Shown piece by piece: positions 9,309 through 18,136 of a stretch of DNA of 39,018 nucleotides. The translations under genes were made by a program, and so were the position numbers. The DNA is taken from the IMG/VR virus record IMGVR_UViG_3300038334_000128, positions 1 to 39,018 of that record; one strand, 5' to 3'. How positions within the stretch are numbered: the stretch's first letter is position 1; the number at the start of each line of letters is the position of its first letter. The notes beneath the pieces were generated by a model. The model did not search any database and was not told where the DNA came from. It saw nothing but the letters and a program-made list of their open reading frames with translations. Source of the stretch: a virus (taxonomy: Duplodnaviria; Caudoviricetes).

Positions 9309-9707
9309 ATGAGCACAAAGGATTACCTTTCACAGGCATACAGGATCGACCAACGGATCAACAGCAAGCTGGCGCAAGTGATGTCCCTGCGCGACCTATT
9401 GAGCAAGGCGACTGGAACACTGTCTGGTGCGCCGAAGGCGGCGACGCCCAACCCGCACTCCATGGAGGATACGATCGCCAAGATGGTGGATCTGGAGAAC
9501 GAGATCAACGAAGACATCGACGCACTCATCGATCTCAAGTCAGAGATCATGCGGCGGATCAAGCGCGTGGAAAACACGGAGTACCAGACGATTCTGGAAC
9601 TGCGGTATCTGTGCTTCAAACGGTGGGAAGAAATCGCGGTCGACATGGGATATAGTCTGCGGAGACTGTATGAACTGCACGATTGCGCTTTAGAAGAAAT
9701 TTCTTAA
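9309..9707 (+). CDS. RinA/ArpU-like (DUF1492) late transcriptional activator
   Basis: KDYLSQAY start; ILELRYLCFKRWEEIAVDMGYS HTH; immediately upstream of HNH/terS. Confidence 0.8.
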   Translation: MSTKDYLSQAYRIDQRINSKLAQVMSLRDLLSKATGTLSGAPKAATPNPHSMEDTIAKMVDLENEINEDIDALIDLKSEIMRRIKRVENTEYQTILELRYLCFKRWEEIAVDMGYSLRRLYELHDCALEEIS

Positions 9708-9710
9708 AAG

Positions 9711-9756
9711 TCCGCACTAAATCGCATTGTTTCGCACTCGGGAAGTTTGATATTGT
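9711..9756 (+). promoter_or_regulatory. Candidate late promoter: three CGCA(C/T)T repeats at 10-bp spacing plus extended -10
   Basis: CGCA at 9713, 9723, 9733; TG-A-TATTGT at 9748-9756. Confidence 0.5.
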
Positions 9757-9775
9757 TAGACTGCAAGAAACTTAT

Positions 9776-9808
9776 ACAGAGACTCTCGTTGCACGCGGGA
9801 GTCTCTGT
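9776..9808 (+). other. 13-bp hairpin in the late leader (possible attenuator)
   Basis: ACAGAGACTCTCG / CGGGAGTCTCTGT followed by TTGATTT. Confidence 0.5.
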
Positions 9809-9829
9809 TTGATTTCAAAGGAGTTTAAG

Positions 9830-10198
9830 GTGCCGAGAAAACCCAAGCGTCCATGCTCTTATCCGGGGTGTGGCAAGCTGACAGAAGGCAGGTACTGCGA
9901 CGAACACAGACAAACCGCTGAGCGTCAATACAACCATTGCCTTCGCGACCCGGATACCAACAAACGATACGGCCGCGCGTGGAAGAAACTCCGCGCGCGA
10001 TTTCTATTGCAATATCCTTTGTGTGAACATTGCCGGAGCGAAGGCAGACTCTCTGCCGCTGAGGAAGTGCATCACATCCTGCCGCTGGCAAACGGCAGTA
10101 CGAACGACGAGAGCAACCTCATGGCGCTTTGCAAGAGCTGCCATTCAAAGATTACGATCAGAAGCACCAACTCGCGTCAGAATTCGAGCGTGAGGTAA
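9830..10198 (+). CDS. HNH endonuclease, terminase-associated
   Basis: GTG start after AAGGAG; PLCEHC...EVHHI...NLMALCKSCH. Confidence 0.92.
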   Translation: MPRKPKRPCSYPGCGKLTEGRYCDEHRQTAERQYNHCLRDPDTNKRYGRAWKKLRARFLLQYPLCEHCRSEGRLSAAEEVHHILPLANGSTNDESNLMALCKSCHSKITIRSTNSRQNSSVR

Positions 10199-10322
10199 AC
10201 CCGGTGGGGGCATTTCAATCTCTGTGACCTTTTCAACTGGACAACGCGGTCGGGTCACGTACAAACTTTCGCGGTTTCAAGAGGTCGAATAGACCTCCAT
10301 TTTTTTGTAGGAGGAAGCTTAA
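10199..10322. other. Probable cos/packaging initiation region
   Basis: Non-coding gap between HNH and terS, the usual cos position in HNH/P27 phages; cut site not determinable. Confidence 0.4.
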
Positions 10323-10865
10323 ATGCCAAACGGTCACGGCGGGTCGAGATTAGGCGCGGGCCAGAAGAAAAAGCCGCTGGCGGATAAGATGCTCGACGGC
10401 AACCTCGGCAAGCGGAAGCTGACCGTTGTGGAGTTTCCCAACACCGCCAACCTTAAGGGCAGCGATATGCCATTGCCAAGAGAGTTGCTTTCCGCCCGAC
10501 AGAAGGACGGACGCAACCTCGAAGCGGCGGAGGTCTACGCGAACACATGGGATTGGCTTGACCAGCGCGGTGCGGCGAGAATCGTTTCTCCGCAGCTGCT
10601 GGAGCGGTATGCCATGAGTGCCGCGCGCTGGATTCAGTGCGAGGAAGCAGTGACAGAGTATGGCTTCTTAGCAAAGCATCCGACGACGGGCAGCGCGATC
10701 CAGTCTCCGTATGTGGCAATGAGCCAGAATTACATGGCACAGACGAACCGGCTCTGGTACGAGATATTCCAGATCGTGAAGGAGAATTGTGCGGCAGACT
10801 ACACGGGCACGAATCCGCAGGATGACGTTATGGAACGCCTATTGACCGCGCGTAGAGGGAAATGA
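10323..10865 (+). CDS. terS: Terminase small subunit, P27 family
   Basis: GGSRLGAGQKKK...LERYA...QSPYV; position; AGGAGG RBS. Confidence 0.88.
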   Translation: MPNGHGGSRLGAGQKKKPLADKMLDGNLGKRKLTVVEFPNTANLKGSDMPLPRELLSARQKDGRNLEAAEVYANTWDWLDQRGAARIVSPQLLERYAMSAARWIQCEEAVTEYGFLAKHPTTGSAIQSPYVAMSQNYMAQTNRLWYEIFQIVKENCAADYTGTNPQDDVMERLLTARRGK

Positions 10866-11044
10866 TCATGGATGAGGTACAAGCGTTCATGCGCGCGTTG
10901 AAGTACCACCGCCTGACAAGTCAGCAACGAAAAACGCTGCGCGGGCAGGCGCTCGCAGGGAACCTTCCCGCGGCGCAGGTCGGCTTACGAAAAATCGTAT
11001 CGAAAGGAATCCAGCATGGTCATTCAAACACTGCCTGTCGATAA
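10862..11044 (+). CDS. Small hypothetical phage protein
   Basis: ATGA overlap with terS; LTSQQRKTLRGQALAG. Confidence 0.65.
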   Translation: MIMDEVQAFMRALKYHRLTSQQRKTLRGQALAGNLPAAQVGLRKIVSKGIQHGHSNTACR

Positions 11045-12254
11045 ACTCGTCCCGGCGGATTACAATCCACGCAAAGACCTCAAACCCGGTGACCCGGAAT
11101 ACGAAAAACTGAAACGTTCGATTGCCGAGTTCGGGTACGTAGAGCCGGTGATCTGGAACGAAACCACAGGCCATGTCGTCGGCGGGCACCAGCGGCTGAA
11201 AGTGCTGATCGACACCGGAGTAACCGAGGTCGAATGTGTCGTTGTTGAAATGAGCGAGGAGAAAGAGAAAGCGCTCAATGTTGCACTGAATAAAATCAGC
11301 GGCGAATGGGATAAGGAGAAGCTATCTCTGCTGATCTCCGATTTGCAGCTTGCGGATTTCGATGTATCGCTGACCGGTTTCGACGCGCCGGAGATCGACG
11401 CGTTGTTTAAGGACGCTCAGCGCAAGGGTGTGCAGGACGATGATTTCGACGTGGATGCCGCGCTGAAAGAACCGGCAATCACAAAGCCGGGCGACCTTTG
11501 GCTGCTCGGCAAACACAGACTCGTCTGCGGGGACAGCACGAAACGAGATGTGTTCGATCTTCTCATGGACGGTGTTCAAGCAAATCTCGTGGTGACCGAT
11601 CCTCCTTACAATGTAGATTACGAAGGCAGCGCGGGAAAGATCAAAAACGATAATATGACCGACTCCGCATTCTACGAGTTCTTGTTCGCTTCGTTTCAGA
11701 ACATGGAAGCCAGTATGGCGAATGAAGCGTCGATCTATGTGTTCCACGCGGATACCGAGGGCTTGAACTTCCGCAGAGCGTTCTCGGAAGCGGGATTCTA
11801 TCTCTCCGGCACCTGCATCTGGAAGAAGCAGTCTCTGGTCCTTGGGCGAAGCCCTTACCAATGGCGTCATGAACCGGTGTTGTTTGGATGGAAGAAGAAG
11901 GGCCGGCATGAGTGGTACGCTGACAGGAAACAAACGACTATCTGGGAATTCGACAAACCCAAGCAGAACGCCGACCATCCGACCATGAAGCCTGTGGAAC
12001 TACTGGCGTATCCGATTCTGAACTCCAGCATGGCGAGCTGTGTCGTGCTGGATCCGTTCGGCGGCAGCGGCAGTACACTGATCGCATGCGAACAGACGGA
12101 TCGTGTCTGCCGAATGATCGAACTGGATGAAAAGTACTGTGATGTGATCGTGAAACGGTACATCGAACAGGTTGGTGGTTCCAATCAGGTTATGCTCGTC
12201 AGGGGAGATGTAAAGATTCTGTACAATGACATTTCCCCAAACACAGATAATTAG
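11016..12254 (+). CDS. ParB-N domain fused to an N6-adenine/N4-cytosine DNA methyltransferase (beta class)
   Basis: YNPR..VGGHQRL; TDPPYN precedes HPTMKP and DPFGGSGST. Confidence 0.92.
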   Translation: MVIQTLPVDKLVPADYNPRKDLKPGDPEYEKLKRSIAEFGYVEPVIWNETTGHVVGGHQRLKVLIDTGVTEVECVVVEMSEEKEKALNVALNKISGEWDKEKLSLLISDLQLADFDVSLTGFDAPEIDALFKDAQRKGVQDDDFDVDAALKEPAITKPGDLWLLGKHRLVCGDSTKRDVFDLLMDGVQANLVVTDPPYNVDYEGSAGKIKNDNMTDSAFYEFLFASFQNMEASMANEASIYVFHADTEGLNFRRAFSEAGFYLSGTCIWKKQSLVLGRSPYQWRHEPVLFGWKKKGRHEWYADRKQTTIWEFDKPKQNADHPTMKPVELLAYPILNSSMASCVVLDPFGGSGSTLIACEQTDRVCRMIELDEKYCDVIVKRYIEQVGGSNQVMLVRGDVKILYNDISPNTDN

Positions 12255-12285
12255 CTTGATATTCACACCCGAAAGAGTGATGTAT
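12255..12285 (+). promoter_or_regulatory. Repeated promoter-like motif, copy 1
   Basis: CTTGaTATTCA-N8-AGAGTGATgTAT; second copy at 17776. Confidence 0.55.
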
Positions 12286-12317
12286 GTGACTACCAAATCG
12301 AAAGGAAGGTATTCACA

Positions 12318-13049
12318 ATGCAAATCAAGTACAACGTTACGGGGGACAGACGAAAGGCCCTGGTCGCGGTCATGCGGAATGTGCTGCAGTACACGACGCG
12401 ATACCTCGGCGCGCCGAGCTTCGCGTTTCAGGTCGGTGCTTACACGGTCGGCAAGAACGGTACGGTCACTTGCCCAGATAGCGCGGACGAAGGGCAGATC
12501 GAAATGCTGATCCGCGAACTGGCACACGACGGCTTCATCGGTGAACGGGTAGGCGAAGCGGCAAAGCCCGCTGAACTCAAAGCGGTCGAGCCGGATCAAC
12601 TGAAAAAAGAAACACCTCGCGCTGTCGATCCCGACTGCCTCGCAGTCGAGCTGCCGAAGAATGGCATGACGCCGACCGCCATGGAGAACCTGCGGCGGTT
12701 GATCGCGAGTAAAGCGACATTGCTGAAGAATGCGCTCGGCACGGACGGCCTACCGATCACAGAACACTCTGACAGGATTGAGTTCGGATGGTTTCGACCG
12801 ACTGACGACCAGACGGAGATCGCCGCCTACTACCAACTGGTACAGGGGCTTTGCGAACTGGCAAGAACGCAGAAACGCGTGAGCGCGACGGAACAGGAAG
12901 TCGAAAACGAGAAGTACGCCTTCCGCAGCTTCCTGCTGCGACTCGGATTTATCGGCTCTGAGTACAAGGATGCACGAAAGATCCTGCTGAGAAATCTTTC
13001 TGGCAACGCGGCGTTTCGCACCGCACGGGAAGCGGGTGATGAAGAATGA
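12318..13049 (+). CDS. Conserved hypothetical phage protein
   Basis: GDRRKALV...YLGAPSFAF; ENEKYAFRSFLLRLGFIG..YKDARKILL. Confidence 0.8.
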   Translation: MQIKYNVTGDRRKALVAVMRNVLQYTTRYLGAPSFAFQVGAYTVGKNGTVTCPDSADEGQIEMLIRELAHDGFIGERVGEAAKPAELKAVEPDQLKKETPRAVDPDCLAVELPKNGMTPTAMENLRRLIASKATLLKNALGTDGLPITEHSDRIEFGWFRPTDDQTEIAAYYQLVQGLCELARTQKRVSATEQEVENEKYAFRSFLLRLGFIGSEYKDARKILLRNLSGNAAFRTAREAGDEE

Positions 13050-13279
13050 CAACGATTCATCCGGAGATGCTGAAACAGCTCAAAGAGTATTACACATCCG
13101 GCACACGGGTGATGCTGATTCGCATGAGCGATCCTTACACCAACCTGCGACAGGGTGATACAGGGGCTGTCACGATGGTCGACGATATCGGCACGATCCA
13201 CGTGAGCTGGGATAACGGCAGTACGCTCGGAGTCGTATTCGGCGAGGATGAGTGCCGGAGAATTGAGGAAAATGAGTAA
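13046..13279 (+). CDS. DUF4314-like protein
   Basis: GTRVMLIRMSDPY...GDTGAV..VDDIGTIHVSWDNGSTLG. Confidence 0.85.
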   Translation: MTTIHPEMLKQLKEYYTSGTRVMLIRMSDPYTNLRQGDTGAVTMVDDIGTIHVSWDNGSTLGVVFGEDECRRIEENE

Positions 13280-13703
13280 TCGAGTGTTTGCCGCTTATGG
13301 CGTCGGCCTCAACCGGACGGAAATGGTGAAGCATTGTCCGACCGCGAAGCCGATTGGCACGACGGAGTTGAAGAATTTCAGGCTTGCGTTTCGCGGCGGC
13401 AACGCCAGCGCGGTGGCGACGATCGATAAAGCAAAGGGCTGCAGCGTTCCCGCGCTACTTTGGGAGATAACTTCGCAGGATGAAGCCGCGCTCGATCGAT
13501 GGATTGGGATGCCAGGACTGTATCGAAAAGACATGGTCAAGGTGAGGTGGAACGGCGCAGCGATGGATGCGGTTGTGTATATCTTGATTGGCAACAAACC
13601 GCTAAATAAGCCGAGTGCTTTCTATTACAGCATACTTCTGGAAGGTTACATGGTGGCGGGGTTTGACACAGAGACTCTGAAAACAGAGACCATGAGAGCG
13701 TAG
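13272..13703 (+). CDS. Gamma-glutamylcyclotransferase (AIG2/GGCT)-fold protein with degenerate motifs
   Basis: FAAYGVGLN...RLAFRG...ATI...LWEI...DEAALDRWIG...PSAFY. Confidence 0.75.
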   Translation: MSNRVFAAYGVGLNRTEMVKHCPTAKPIGTTELKNFRLAFRGGNASAVATIDKAKGCSVPALLWEITSQDEAALDRWIGMPGLYRKDMVKVRWNGAAMDAVVYILIGNKPLNKPSAFYYSILLEGYMVAGFDTETLKTETMRA

Positions 13704-13726
13704 CAACAAAATACTATCCATGAGTG

Positions 13727-13760
13727 GATAAGCTCCCGTGCAATGGGGGCTTGTCTTACT
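13727..13760 (+). terminator. Hairpin after the GGCT-like gene
   Basis: GATAAGCTCCC / GGGGGCTTGTC stem; weak T tract. Confidence 0.45.
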
Positions 13761-13790
13761 GTACAAATAGTGATATATAAAAACTATAAT
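13751..13790 (+). promoter_or_regulatory. Sigma-A-like promoter of the LVIVD cargo gene
   Basis: TTGTCT-17 bp-TATATA with TG extension; also TATAAT at 13785-13790. Confidence 0.5.
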
Positions 13791-13917
13791 AGTAGTAACA
13801 TTGAGTGTCCGATTCTCAATTATGTTCTGACATACCGACTTGTAACCGACTTAGTAAACTGTCTAATCTAGCATGTGATTCAGAGAACGCGGTAATATTT
13901 CGGTTTAGGAGGCCAAA

Positions 13918-16900
13918 ATGATGAGCCTATTGAAATTGAAACGAGCATCAATATGGACGGTCATTTTTGTTTTTATGCTTGCGCTAATCCCAGCTGGCGC
14001 GCATGCGGAAAACAGTAACGACGAGTGGCAAATTGTAGGACAAACAGGTGGAACAACCAAAGCGCTGTTGACGGAAGAGACGACGCTGTATGTCGGCTCC
14101 GGCCTGCACGTGCTAATACTGGATGTATCTTCTCCAGAGAAGATGCAAGTGCTCGGCACGAGTCCGTTGCTGCCTGATTTTGTTGAGAGTATCACTTCCG
14201 ATGGCGCGGGTAGGCTCTACGTATCCTGCGGGCTAGGCGGATTGGTTGTGCTGGATGTGACAAATCCAAAGGAACCTCTACTGCTTGGTGTTTTGGATAC
14301 ACGCGGATATACGGAAAGCGTTACTTTACTTGATAATCTAGCGATAGTCGCGGATGGACCGCAGGGCGTGCAGATTATCGACGTTACGAACCCCGCGAAG
14401 ATGAAGACACTTTCCGAGGCGTATCCGCTCGCGTATGCGTATGATGTTGCAATTTCGGACAAAATCGCATATGTTGCTGGCGGCGGAAGCGGTGTATTTA
14501 CAGTCGATTTGACCAATCCTATAAAACCGGTTGAAGCCGGGCTAACGAGTTTGGATGGGTTCACATACGATTTAGAAATACTCAAAGGCAAGCTCTACGC
14601 AGCATGTGCTTGGGGTGGCATTGCAGTATTGGATCTGAAAGAACCGCTTGCACCGAAAAGCATAGCAACCGCGCAAACCAGCGGGTGGGCAATGGCGCTC
14701 AGTTCATTCGGAAATGATCTCTTGGTACTTGACGGCGCGGATGGCGTGATGGTATATGGAACTGCTCCTACAATACCAGTGAAACTCTCGGCTTACACGA
14801 TGGGTGGATTTGTGCTCGACGGGGCTGTGAGCGGTACAACGGCATTTGTGCTTGATCGTGAAAAAGGACTATTGACGCTTGATCTCTCGAAGAAGACTAA
14901 TCCTGATCTGATTTGTCGCTGGATGCCCTTGTTAGAAGGACGTAGGCTGACAATGCAGGATGGAGTCTGCTATGTTGCTGGTGGACTTTCGGGTATGCAT
15001 GTATTCGATGTAGCCAATACAGCAAGTCCCAATGAGACGTATTGGTATGATACAGGTGGTGGGTACGCAAACAAGGTAATTCTCGCGGAAAGCAAAGCAT
15101 ATCTAAGTACGCATCTTGCATCCAATGAGCCGCTCGTCATCTTTGATTCATCCAATCTGATTCAACCGAAAAAGCTTGGATTCGTGCCGAATGACGAGGC
15201 TGTATTTAATACGGCGTTTCGATCGATTTCGTACGCGGATGGGATGATCTATGTTCCGGGCGAATTTCACGATATGGCGGTAGATGTGCGTGATTCGGCG
15301 CATCCAACTGTAGTAGGTAAAACTGGGATTGAGAATCCGGTCAACGGCGATTGTTCTGCGGGACTATATATTTCAACTAGCAGTACGCAACTGCAATTAA
15401 TTGACGTTACCGACCCGATGAACCTGCGATTGACCTCACAGTTGCAGAAAAACTCCAGTGGAGAAGCAATCCGTTTTATCAACCCGACAACTGTGATTAC
15501 CTCTGCGGATCCAGGCATCTGGATTGTGGACGTTTCTGATCCTCAAAACCCGAAGAAAATAGCCGAACTTGCGATTCCTGGCGGAGTGATGGATATCTTT
15601 ATCGATGGGACAACCGCATATCTGTCGAACCTCGGCAACGGTATTCAGATTGTCGATCTTTCAGATTTGAACCATCCGGTTCTGAAGGACTCGTTTACGA
15701 CGATCGGACTTGCATACGACTGTTACGCAAAAGCCGGGCTAATCTATGTTGCCGACAGCTTTGCGGGCATGACCGTCTATCAAAAAAGAAACGTACAACT
15801 GAAGTCTAGTGATTCGGACACGGCGAATAGTGCCTCAAACGTGCTGTCGGTCAAGACCGGAGAGGAACCCTATACGTTGAATTTGATGACCTCCAATCAA
15901 CCTACGCCTACCGAGGCTTTCAACTATATTGTCACCAGCGCTTCTGACAGCGGAGAAGGAACGCTGCGCTACGCGCTGGAACACCTTGATCTGAACACTA
16001 CGATCACATTTGATCCCACCGTTTTTCCCGTAGCCAAACCGGTCTCAATCGCGCTAGAATCGCCGTTGCCCGAAATTACATGGGATCACTTGACGATCGA
16101 CGCGAGCAACGCAGGGGTCATCCTTGATGGAAGCAAACTCGAAAGCGGAAACGGACTGACGATCTACTCCTTCTACAACAGGATTATGGGATTGCAGATC
16201 GTGAATTTCCCGCAGCATGGGATTGATTTGCAAGGCGGCAGCAGCGTTGTGGGCGGTAATAGAAATGTAGGTAGTGGGTCATTGGGACAGGGAAACTTGC
16301 TGAGTGGCAATGGTTTGTATGGCATTCGCGTTGGTGGCTTTGATCAGACTGTACTTGGTAACTTTGTCGGCATCGATATCAGCGGGGAAAAAGCGATGCC
16401 GAATTACGACGGTATATTTGTTGGAGAAGCGCTGCGTGTCACCGTAGGGGGAATTCAACCCGGTGAAGGAAACGTCATCAGCGGGAATCAGTTTATCAAT
16501 TTCGATAGCTGGGGTGACCAAACACGAGTTATTGGCAACCTCATTGGCCTTAATGCTGCAGGAACGAAAGCTGTTGTGGGCGAGACTAGCAACAATGTCG
16601 TTCTCGAAAGCAATGTAATGAACAATATCATTGGCGGCACAACACCCGGAGAACGCAACGTCATCTCTGGTGCAGGCATAGGCGTCGTATTCAGCGACCC
16701 CAACAGCTATTGCTGCTCGGTAATTGGTAATTACATCGGCACCGACATCACTGGGACAAAAGCGATTCCAAATCATGATGGTATTACGATGTGGACAAGC
16801 GGCAACCATCGCGTCGGCGGCACGCGGGCGGGAGAAGCGAACCTTATCAGCGGCAATCTCAACGGCGTGCAGCTAAATGGTTACGGCGTGTCAGACAACA

Positions 16901-17547
16901 TCGTACTTGGTAATATCATAGGTTATGATGCAAACGGGAAACCTTTGCCGAATGAAACGCCAGTTTCGGTAAACATGGGACAGAAACACGCGATTATCGG
17001 TGGATATACACAGCAAGAGGGTAACCGCATTTACGGCGGGTCGATCTCTATGCGCATCACCAACCGCGGCATACAGGCCTGCTATATCGCGGGTAACGAT
17101 ATTGACAACCCAAACGGCCTAGGGATTTACTTTGAGGATGGCGCGAACGATAACTTTGTGCAGGGGAATACGTTCGGTAAATCGCGGGGCAATATCCTCC
17201 GCGTGGACTTTGGTGATGGGAATATGCTGCGCTCAAACGCATTTGCAGGACAAAAAGCACAGGATATTATCCTGCTACTCGAGGGTGGAAATAGTGAGCT
17301 GGCAGCACCGACGATTACCTCGGCAATTGGGACGAATGTTTCAGGCACAACCTGTGCATTTGGACGAGTAGAAGTCTACCTGTTTGAAAAGACAGGAATT
17401 ACATCCATCGGATTTGTTCTAGCCGATCAAAGTGGGGCATTTTCCTTTAAAGGAAATGCGCCGTTGAGCGGAAAGCAGTTAGTTTTGCTTGTAACCGATG
17501 TGCTGAGCAATACATCGATATTTTCGCAGCCCTACACCGTTTCATAA
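13918..17547 (+). CDS. Secreted 1209-aa protein: signal peptide, ~14 LVIVD repeats, parallel beta-helix, C-terminal Ig-like region
   Basis: AHA|E cleavage site; YV...G(L/V)xI(I/V)DVxxPxxP repeats; SDSGEGTLRYAL; GNxISGN/GNYIGTD repeats; AGGAGG RBS. Confidence 0.85.
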   Translation: MMSLLKLKRASIWTVIFVFMLALIPAGAHAENSNDEWQIVGQTGGTTKALLTEETTLYVGSGLHVLILDVSSPEKMQVLGTSPLLPDFVESITSDGAGRLYVSCGLGGLVVLDVTNPKEPLLLGVLDTRGYTESVTLLDNLAIVADGPQGVQIIDVTNPAKMKTLSEAYPLAYAYDVAISDKIAYVAGGGSGVFTVDLTNPIKPVEAGLTSLDGFTYDLEILKGKLYAACAWGGIAVLDLKEPLAPKSIATAQTSGWAMALSSFGNDLLVLDGADGVMVYGTAPTIPVKLSAYTMGGFVLDGAVSGTTAFVLDREKGLLTLDLSKKTNPDLICRWMPLLEGRRLTMQDGVCYVAGGLSGMHVFDVANTASPNETYWYDTGGGYANKVILAESKAYLSTHLASNEPLVIFDSSNLIQPKKLGFVPNDEAVFNTAFRSISYADGMIYVPGEFHDMAVDVRDSAHPTVVGKTGIENPVNGDCSAGLYISTSSTQLQLIDVTDPMNLRLTSQLQKNSSGEAIRFINPTTVITSADPGIWIVDVSDPQNPKKIAELAIPGGVMDIFIDGTTAYLSNLGNGIQIVDLSDLNHPVLKDSFTTIGLAYDCYAKAGLIYVADSFAGMTVYQKRNVQLKSSDSDTANSASNVLSVKTGEEPYTLNLMTSNQPTPTEAFNYIVTSASDSGEGTLRYALEHLDLNTTITFDPTVFPVAKPVSIALESPLPEITWDHLTIDASNAGVILDGSKLESGNGLTIYSFYNRIMGLQIVNFPQHGIDLQGGSSVVGGNRNVGSGSLGQGNLLSGNGLYGIRVGGFDQTVLGNFVGIDISGEKAMPNYDGIFVGEALRVTVGGIQPGEGNVISGNQFINFDSWGDQTRVIGNLIGLNAAGTKAVVGETSNNVVLESNVMNNIIGGTTPGERNVISGAGIGVVFSDPNSYCCSVIGNYIGTDITGTKAIPNHDGITMWTSGNHRVGGTRAGEANLISGNLNGVQLNGYGVSDNIVLGNIIGYDANGKPLPNETPVSVNMGQKHAIIGGYTQQEGNRIYGGSISMRITNRGIQACYIAGNDIDNPNGLGIYFEDGANDNFVQGNTFGKSRGNILRVDFGDGNMLRSNAFAGQKAQDIILLLEGGNSELAAPTITSAIGTNVSGTTCAFGRVEVYLFEKTGITSIGFVLADQSGAFSFKGNAPLSGKQLVLLVTDVLSNTSIFSQPYTVS

Positions 17548-17670
17548 CGATCAAAGATGAGGTTCTACGATCGCCTTCTTCCAACGTCGGGTAACGTCGC
17601 CGCCACTGACGCGTTCATGAAACGGATTGGACGTTGCCCCAAGAGCAATTGAGGAACGAAACAAAGCGAC

Positions 17671-17700
17671 CACGGAGGCTTACGCGGGCTTCCGTGTTTT
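17671..17700 (+). terminator. Intrinsic terminator downstream of the LVIVD gene
   Basis: CACGGAGGCTT / GGGCTTCCGTG followed by TTTT. Confidence 0.55.
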
Positions 17701-17775
17701 GCTGTCATCCACGAAACAGAAGAGTTCCTTGCCTATCACTATTACAAAAAATATCGAGGATTATTGCAGAATTCA

Positions 17776-17806
17776 CTTGCTATTCATCGCCCGTAGAGTG
17801 ATATAT
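17776..17806 (+). promoter_or_regulatory. Repeated promoter-like motif, copy 2
   Basis: CTTGcTATTCA-N8-AGAGTGATaTAT. Confidence 0.55.
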
Positions 17807-17850
17807 ACACATGCCGAAAGGCAAACGACAAAAGCACGGAGGGCAAAGCA

Positions 17851-18063
17851 ATGTGGATTAAAGGGACGATTGACGGGTACAGCTTTTACATCAAGCAATA
17901 CGACGAAGGTTCGGAGTACGGGATTTCAGGCGGACGGATTTCGAAGTTAGAGATTTGGAAAGACGGACAACTTTTCGTACAATACGACAGAGGCTGGTCG
18001 AAGAAACCGAGCGGCGCGCAGGTGAAGGCGGTTTACGAGCAGATCCTGAGAGAATACAACTAA
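17851..18063 (+). CDS. Small conserved phage protein (70 aa)
   Basis: GGAGG RBS; own promoter motif and terminator; YDEGSEYGISGGRISKL...YDRGW. Confidence 0.8.
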   Translation: MWIKGTIDGYSFYIKQYDEGSEYGISGGRISKLEIWKDGQLFVQYDRGWSKKPSGAQVKAVYEQILREYN

Positions 18064-18082
18064 ATCGCACAGGCTACCACAT

Positions 18083-18109
18083 GAGCTTCCTGAAGGGAGG
18101 CTCTTTTTT
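18083..18109 (+). terminator. Intrinsic terminator directly upstream of terL
   Basis: GAGCTTCCT-GAA-GGGAGGCTC followed by six T. Confidence 0.75.
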
Positions 18110-18136
18110 ATGCCTGCCGGGTTGAAAGAGGCGGCC

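Noticed and set aside
9290-9655. Alternative-frame ORFs over the DUF1492-like gene
   Set aside because: Fully overlap a better-supported gene and have unnatural composition.
9683-9829. N-terminal extension of the HNH ORF; likewise the 20100 portal and 36105 recombinase starts
   Set aside because: They run through promoter/hairpin DNA, and RBS-supported starts lie downstream.
17627-17950. 107-aa + strand ORF
   Set aside because: Crosses a terminator, the promoter motif and the 17851 gene; no RBS.
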